A stretch of DNA of 63,834 nt, counting the filler, from Craspedostauros australis (taxonomy: Eukaryota): the NCBI GenBank assembly GCA_030167865.1. It is 9 parts of 9 records of this genome, joined end to end, with 100 filler letters (N's around TTAATTAATTAA, not from the genome) between each part and the next. Parts side by side here need not be neighbours in the genome. Positions count along the whole stretch, not along the records: positions 58,542 to 62,679 come from JALAGF010004441.1; positions 62,780 to 63,834 come from JALAGF010004483.1; 7 more parts are not named here. One strand, written 5' to 3'. How positions within the stretch are numbered: position 1 is the stretch's first letter; every line of letters starts with the position of its first letter. The position numbers and the translations under genes were made by a program. Below are positions 58,542 through 63,834 of this stretch, one piece after another. The notes beneath the pieces are model-generated. The model was not told the DNA's origin. It worked only from the letters and a program-made list of their open reading frames with translations, and did no database searches.

Positions 58542-61500
58542 TTCCCTCTCTCGTGGTTGCTGGGGTCTTCTCTGCTTCCTCAGCTGACTCACCACCTCCA
58601 CTGCTTGAATCTGAGTCGGAGTGGTATTCTGGCGCGTTGTTGTGCGGTGCCAAGCCGCGTATCATCCGTGGCATCCTCGCCACTGGTCTCATGGGAGAGT
58701 ACTCAAGGTCCTCGCTTTCANNNNNNNNNNNNNNNNNNNNNNNNNNNNNNNNNNNNNNNNNNNNNNNNNNNNNNNNNNNNNNNNNNNNNNNNNNNNNNNN
58801 NNNNNNNNNNNNNNNNNNNNNNNNNNNNNNNNNNNNNNNNNNNNNNNNNNNNNNNNNNTCTCAACATCCTGACTTGCAGCGATGAAGTCGATCACTCTCA
58901 TCCTCCATTGGATAGCATCGATCCTCATGCCTGCGACGTCCTTGTTGATGATTGGCCCGTCTTGTTCGAAGTTGGGTCCGTCTGTTGCCACTGGAGCAGT
59001 CTTTGTCTCCTGTGCAGTTGCGCAGCCATCGTCATCTCCTGATTCTGATGCTTCGTTCGTCACCCTTGTTGGGTATTGGTACATTGTGGTCAGCTGCCAG
59101 CTCTGTTGTCGTGTTGCCTTGCAACCGNNNNNNNNNNNNNNNNNNNNNNNNNNNNNNNNNNNNNNNNNNNNNNNNNNNNNNNNNNNNNNNNNTGGGAGTT
59201 GTTGGTGGCCTCCTACCATTCATCCTCCATTCATCTGAGGTTCCTCCCTTCCGGCTCTGTCATTCGATTCTTCATCCGACATGCCGCGTCTCTCTCATTG
59301 CTCGTCTATCGATGCGTCTTGACTCACTGTATCTGGAATCCGCCGTTCATGGCTCGCACTCTCATAGTTGTATCCTTTCCAGATTCGAGTCTCTCTCTCA
59401 TCGATCTCATTCTCATCGCACATCGATCTCATATCTGTGCTCGTAGTATCTCGCCGATCATTCGGCATCCGGTTCTTCTAGATCATCAGCCATGCTCATG
59501 TCATGGCTATATCACTGAACCGTACCGTCATGGCCTCCTGCCATTCATTGCTCTTCTTGGGATCCACATGACCCCGTCATTCGTCAATTGCGGTTGGATC
59601 CAGCATCATTGCGACATTTGCTTGCTCGGATCCCTCTCTGTTCTGTTGATAGCTCAATGCTAGGTTCGCAGTGATGAAGTCACCAGGCTCATCCTCTCAT
59701 GAGTGGTGTCAATCTTCATGCCTGCGATATCTCTGTTGAATTTTGACCCTTCTGTGTAAATGTTGGGTCCTCCTGTCGCCGGTAGTGTGGCAGTCATCTC
59801 TCGAGCGGTCTCATACCCCTCATCATTCTCTGATTCTGATTCTCCACCTGATCCAAGTTCTCCCTCCTCCTTCAGAGTGGGCATATCGTAGTATCCCACG
59901 AGAGCACTCAGCATCCTTGGCATGTGCACGACAGGTTCTGCGATTGGGGCTGTGTTTGGTGCGTCCTCGACCAAATCGTCTCGTCCCGTCTCATCGTCCC
60001 TTTCGGATTCATCGTCGTCGTCATCGTACGATTCATTGTCCCCTTGGGTAGGGAGCAAGTCATCTTGCCCTCGAGCAGCGTCTTCTGTATCTGTATCGTC
60101 TCCGGCTCTTCTGCTCTGATCAGCGTCGTCGGTCTCCATGCTTCGGATGGTATCCGCACGTCGCTCCCAAGTCACTCTTCTATCTGGGGTAATCATCCCT
60201 GAAGTAGAGTCATCATCTCCCAGGTCTATCAGTACTGACCTGCTGGCATTCTCAATACTCTCGAATTGCTCACATGGCGTATCCATCCATGTCACGTTCA
60301 TCGTGAGTAGGATCCTGGTCATTACCAGGTTCACTCGTGCGGTCCATACCGCTTGCATGCGACTCCTGTATCCAATCAGCATCTGTTGGATTGGAGTGAG
60401 GTTGCTGTTCTCCAGCATGTCGTTGATTGCGTACACATTGCGAGCCACGTCGAGTGCGCTCCGCACGCCAATCTCGTGCATCATGTAGTGCTTATGCATC
60501 ATATAGTGCAACCCGCATGGGTGCACTCATCTGCACAGTTGACTCTCGAATTCGTCGATCGCATCGTAGCAGATCATCGAAAGCTCGACGCGCACATCGG
60601 TGGCAGACGCCATGCTGCTCAACGAGTATCGAGCCAAGAGGCAGATCGGACCTGCATTCATGTGCAGTCCTCTGCACTCCTCATCACTTGTTTTGCCTTC
60701 ATTGTAGTTGGCGTTGCCGTCTTCCTCTTCATTCTCGGATGAAAAGGGTTGTCTGTTGATCCACTCCATCGTGATCGTTCGTAGACCCGTAGTAGCTATA
60801 TACTCCTGGAGTGTACTCAGCTATCTCCTCCCTGGTCCACTCGTAGTCGTTGACTGGTGTTCCGCTGTCGAAGCCAGAAACCCCATCATTGTTGATTGTT
60901 ACGAGCGCCATGTTGTTCGTGATCGCGTTGTCGTCGCGTATCATCGTGTGGTTTCACATGGTCACATTTTTGGTCGTTGTTCGCGATTTCGGTGATGGCC
61001 ACGAATTTCGTGTTGGTCACATTTTTTATGCCGACCACATTTTCGTTGATGGGTATGGACATCGGCTCGTCGGTTGTGATGAGAGCGATGTCATCCATCC
61101 CGTCCATCCCGTCTATCGCGACCTTGGTCGACCTGGCTTCCTTCATCTCACTATCGTGGGCATCGCGGTTAGGGCGTCTGCTCCTGAACCGACCGATCCG
61201 TTGTCAGTGTCATCTTTCTCTCACTCTCTTACTGCCATTGCCTCGTGCGCACTTATAACCGTGTTTGATACGGTGGCGGTCGTAGATGAGGCTCATGGCT
61301 CTGCGGGTGTCTTGAATCATTGTCTTCTCCGATGGCGAGGACATCTCTTGTTCCTTGTCTTCCGTATTGAGCCTGGGATCGAAGCGCGGAAGGACCTCCC
61401 GTCCAGCTTGTTGCAGCGCTTTCCCTTCTCGTCGAAGCACACACTTCCTGTGTTGCTGCTCTCATTGTTGTCGCCAATTCATGGCTGGTAGATTGCATTC

Positions 61501-62679
61501 TTACCTCCTCGATCATCTCACAGTAGGAATCGCAGCCAGCACTCGAGCCAGTATCAAACGATGACAACCAATGCCATGTGATCATTTCGATGCTTTCCGT
61601 TGCTGCTCCTCGCGTCACTCTTGATGTGATCGCGATCACGGGCCATGCCCATTCCTGCATAGATCTTGATCTCTCTTCACCTTATCATCCCTGCCTGCAT
61701 GCTTGTGCTCGATTGCGTCGCGCGTGCCGTGTGCACAGACGCGCAGCATCAGCGACCTCGTTCGCTCCTCATTCATCTCGGCTTCCATATTGACCGAGTA
61801 GTTCCGAGGCAGCTCCATTCTTGCAGGGTAGGTTGGAAGCTCTCATTGCTCCCTCAATTGCATCTCGTTGAGCTCCTTCAGCTGTCTCGCCCTCATGGCG
61901 CAGTCTGCTGAATCCGATGCATCCGAGAGCGTGGCCTGCTGTGTCCGAATCTCTTCTCTTGCGCAGCTCGCTCTCGTACTCCAACACAGCCGTGAAGGTC
62001 TCCATGCCTTCCTTGATTTCATGGTCCCATGACCATGGACAGTTCTTCCAATGCGCGTGTTCCGAGCGCCTCCTTGCTTCCAGCAATACATGTAGTGTCT
62101 GTACTTGCCTCAGCTGCAGTCTCCACTCTGCTGGTGGACTCGCGGTGGTGCTCGATTCGATCATCATCATCATCTTGATATCGTCGTTCGTGTGGGGTTA
62201 CCATGCCGATCTTGGCATCCATTGGCAAGGAGCATCATACTCCAGAGCAACTTGCTCTCCTCTCTCTTCACACAGGCGACCATTACTCGCGATGGTCTCG
62301 AGTGTAGATGGTGGTCATGTAGATGATGGTGATGTTGGCTAGTGTTGGTGGTGGTGGAAACGTTGGATTTCAATCATAACGTTTCGAAACGTGTTGGAAA
62401 TCCGGGGNNNNNNNNNNNNNNNNNNNNNNNNNNNNNNNNNNNNNNNNNNNNNNNNNNNNNNNNNNNNNNNNNNNNNNNNNNTTCATCACTTTCAATTCCA
62501 TTTGCCAAAGCATACATATTCCACAGTAGCACACAGTCTTGCCCTTGCTCATGCAGTGCTGTCCTCTTGCTTCATCATGTCATGCGGCATGTACCCCATG
62601 TACATCTCATCTTGCAGTATTGGTTCATCTCATCATGCATCTCATCATGCATCTCAGATATTCCATCTCCTGCCCTCTA
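58542..62679 (-). mobile_element. Decayed, internally deleted Copia derivative, copy B, with Gag remnants and probable 5' LTR (62392 to contig end)
   Basis: Paralogous to copy A. RYSLSSMASATDVRVELSMIC and YTPGVYSYYG match the 42781-45914 element. On the minus strand the LTR-like end TTTCCAACA precedes the degenerate Gag. Confidence 0.85.
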
Positions 62680-63834
62680 NNNNNNNNNNNNNNNNNNNNN
62701 NNNNNNNNNNNNNNNNNNNNNNNTTAATTAATTAANNNNNNNNNNNNNNNNNNNNNNNNNNNNNNNNNNNNNNNNNNNNAATGACCTCAAGATTCATCAA
62801 TGGAATGTGGAATCGACAGAGCCATGGAATGGTGATGAGTGACATGGACACAGGAGACGTCATCGCCACATCATGGGTCATCTCCACATCAGAACAAGAT
62901 TGCAGAGGTGCAATGACCAAGAGCTGTCCTTGAACGCAGCAACATGAGATACAACTCAATGAAGATAACATAGATTCAGAAGTCACTCTACCCAATCAGT
63001 GCCTTTGTTACACCAGCTCATTGCCATCTTCCTGAAAGACTTGATCTCTCTTGACGGATTCGTGTGATTTCGCTGTGTACAATAATGGGATAACACAGCT
63101 CCTCCGCAGGCTGTTCTGACTCTTGGAGGTGGACAGAGGTGTTCAAATGCTCTCACACATGTGTGTGGATGGTCTTGCTGGACTCGTGAACACAACCACA
63201 GATGACCCATCTGGATCCTTCGAGATGGTACGTAACATTTTTGGAATTCACTCTGTGTTGATTGTTGTTGCTGAGCCAAGGCTGCTTCATCTGGAAGGAG
63301 AATAAGTTCAAAGAGGATAGGCTTGTTAGACTTGGTGCTTTGAAGATGGTTCTGGACAAGGGGCAAATGAGGGAGGATTCGAATTCATCTTCCATGCTGC
63401 GACCATTGAGGTTGGGATCAGCAGGGAAGATGTGAGCTGATGCATCCTGGCAGTTCACATGGAAGACGGCATGACCAGGGGTCTGTGTGGAATGGAATAA
63501 CACTGTCCCTGGTAGTTTATCATTGTGCACCTGGGACGGAAAGTTGTTGCACAAGTTGCTGTTCAAGGAAATCGCCTCCTTGGCAATGATAGGNGTCTGC
63601 ATTCGTTCCCCGCGCAACCTTGTGGAAAATGCTACCGACATATGCTGATGAGCATCGCGGACAGTGCCGACGTTCTGATTGCCCATGGACCAATTTCAAA
63701 GGTTGTACATGGGGGAGAATCCAATTGGCAGTGAGCTCTTGTCATGGTCGCAAGGTCACAATCATGTTGGCTGTGGAGGATGGGACCCAGTTTGCTCAAA
63801 TCCAGCCGACTTGGTGTTGCAAGGCAGTTCAAAG

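Noticed and set aside
62780..63834. Last contig: CpG-poor sequence with short ORFs
   Set aside because: Probably a decayed gene or transposon, but no diagnostic motif was recognised.

Overview
Eukaryotic DNA, almost certainly a diatom (probably pennate). Support: short GT-AG introns, signal peptide + F bipartite plastid leaders on GSA aminotransferase, a HAD hydrolase and a Tyr phosphatase, frustulin-type domains, and diatom-type Copia elements. The window is not contiguous: nine contigs are joined by artificial 100-bp spacers (44 N + TTAATTAATTAA + 44 N), so adjacency across spacers means nothing. Contig 1 (1-15438) holds an R/S-rich unknown protein, a HAD-IIA hydrolase, LUC7, GSA aminotransferase (hemL) and an ankyrin gene broken by a solo-LTR-like insertion. 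Contig 3 (17587-40384) holds an ankyrin-BTB pseudogene, a 1368-aa secreted alpha-carbonic-anhydrase-fold protein, a USP deubiquitinase, a Tyr phosphatase, a secreted CxGxxxC-repeat protein, cystathionine gamma-synthase and a partial ornithine decarboxylase. The rest is mostly decayed Ty1/copia fragments and pseudogenes. Top candidate for a new system is the carbonic-anhydrase-fold protein: it lacks all three Zn-binding His and is split by six frustulin ACR domains, Pro/Thr linkers and RXL sites, a nacrein-like design. Next are an AG/GT zero-length-exon (recursive splicing) candidate in the HAD intron, an unrecognised extra domain between Gag and protease shared by several Copia elements, and an amplified non-autonomous Copia derivative. 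All alignments and counts were done by eye.
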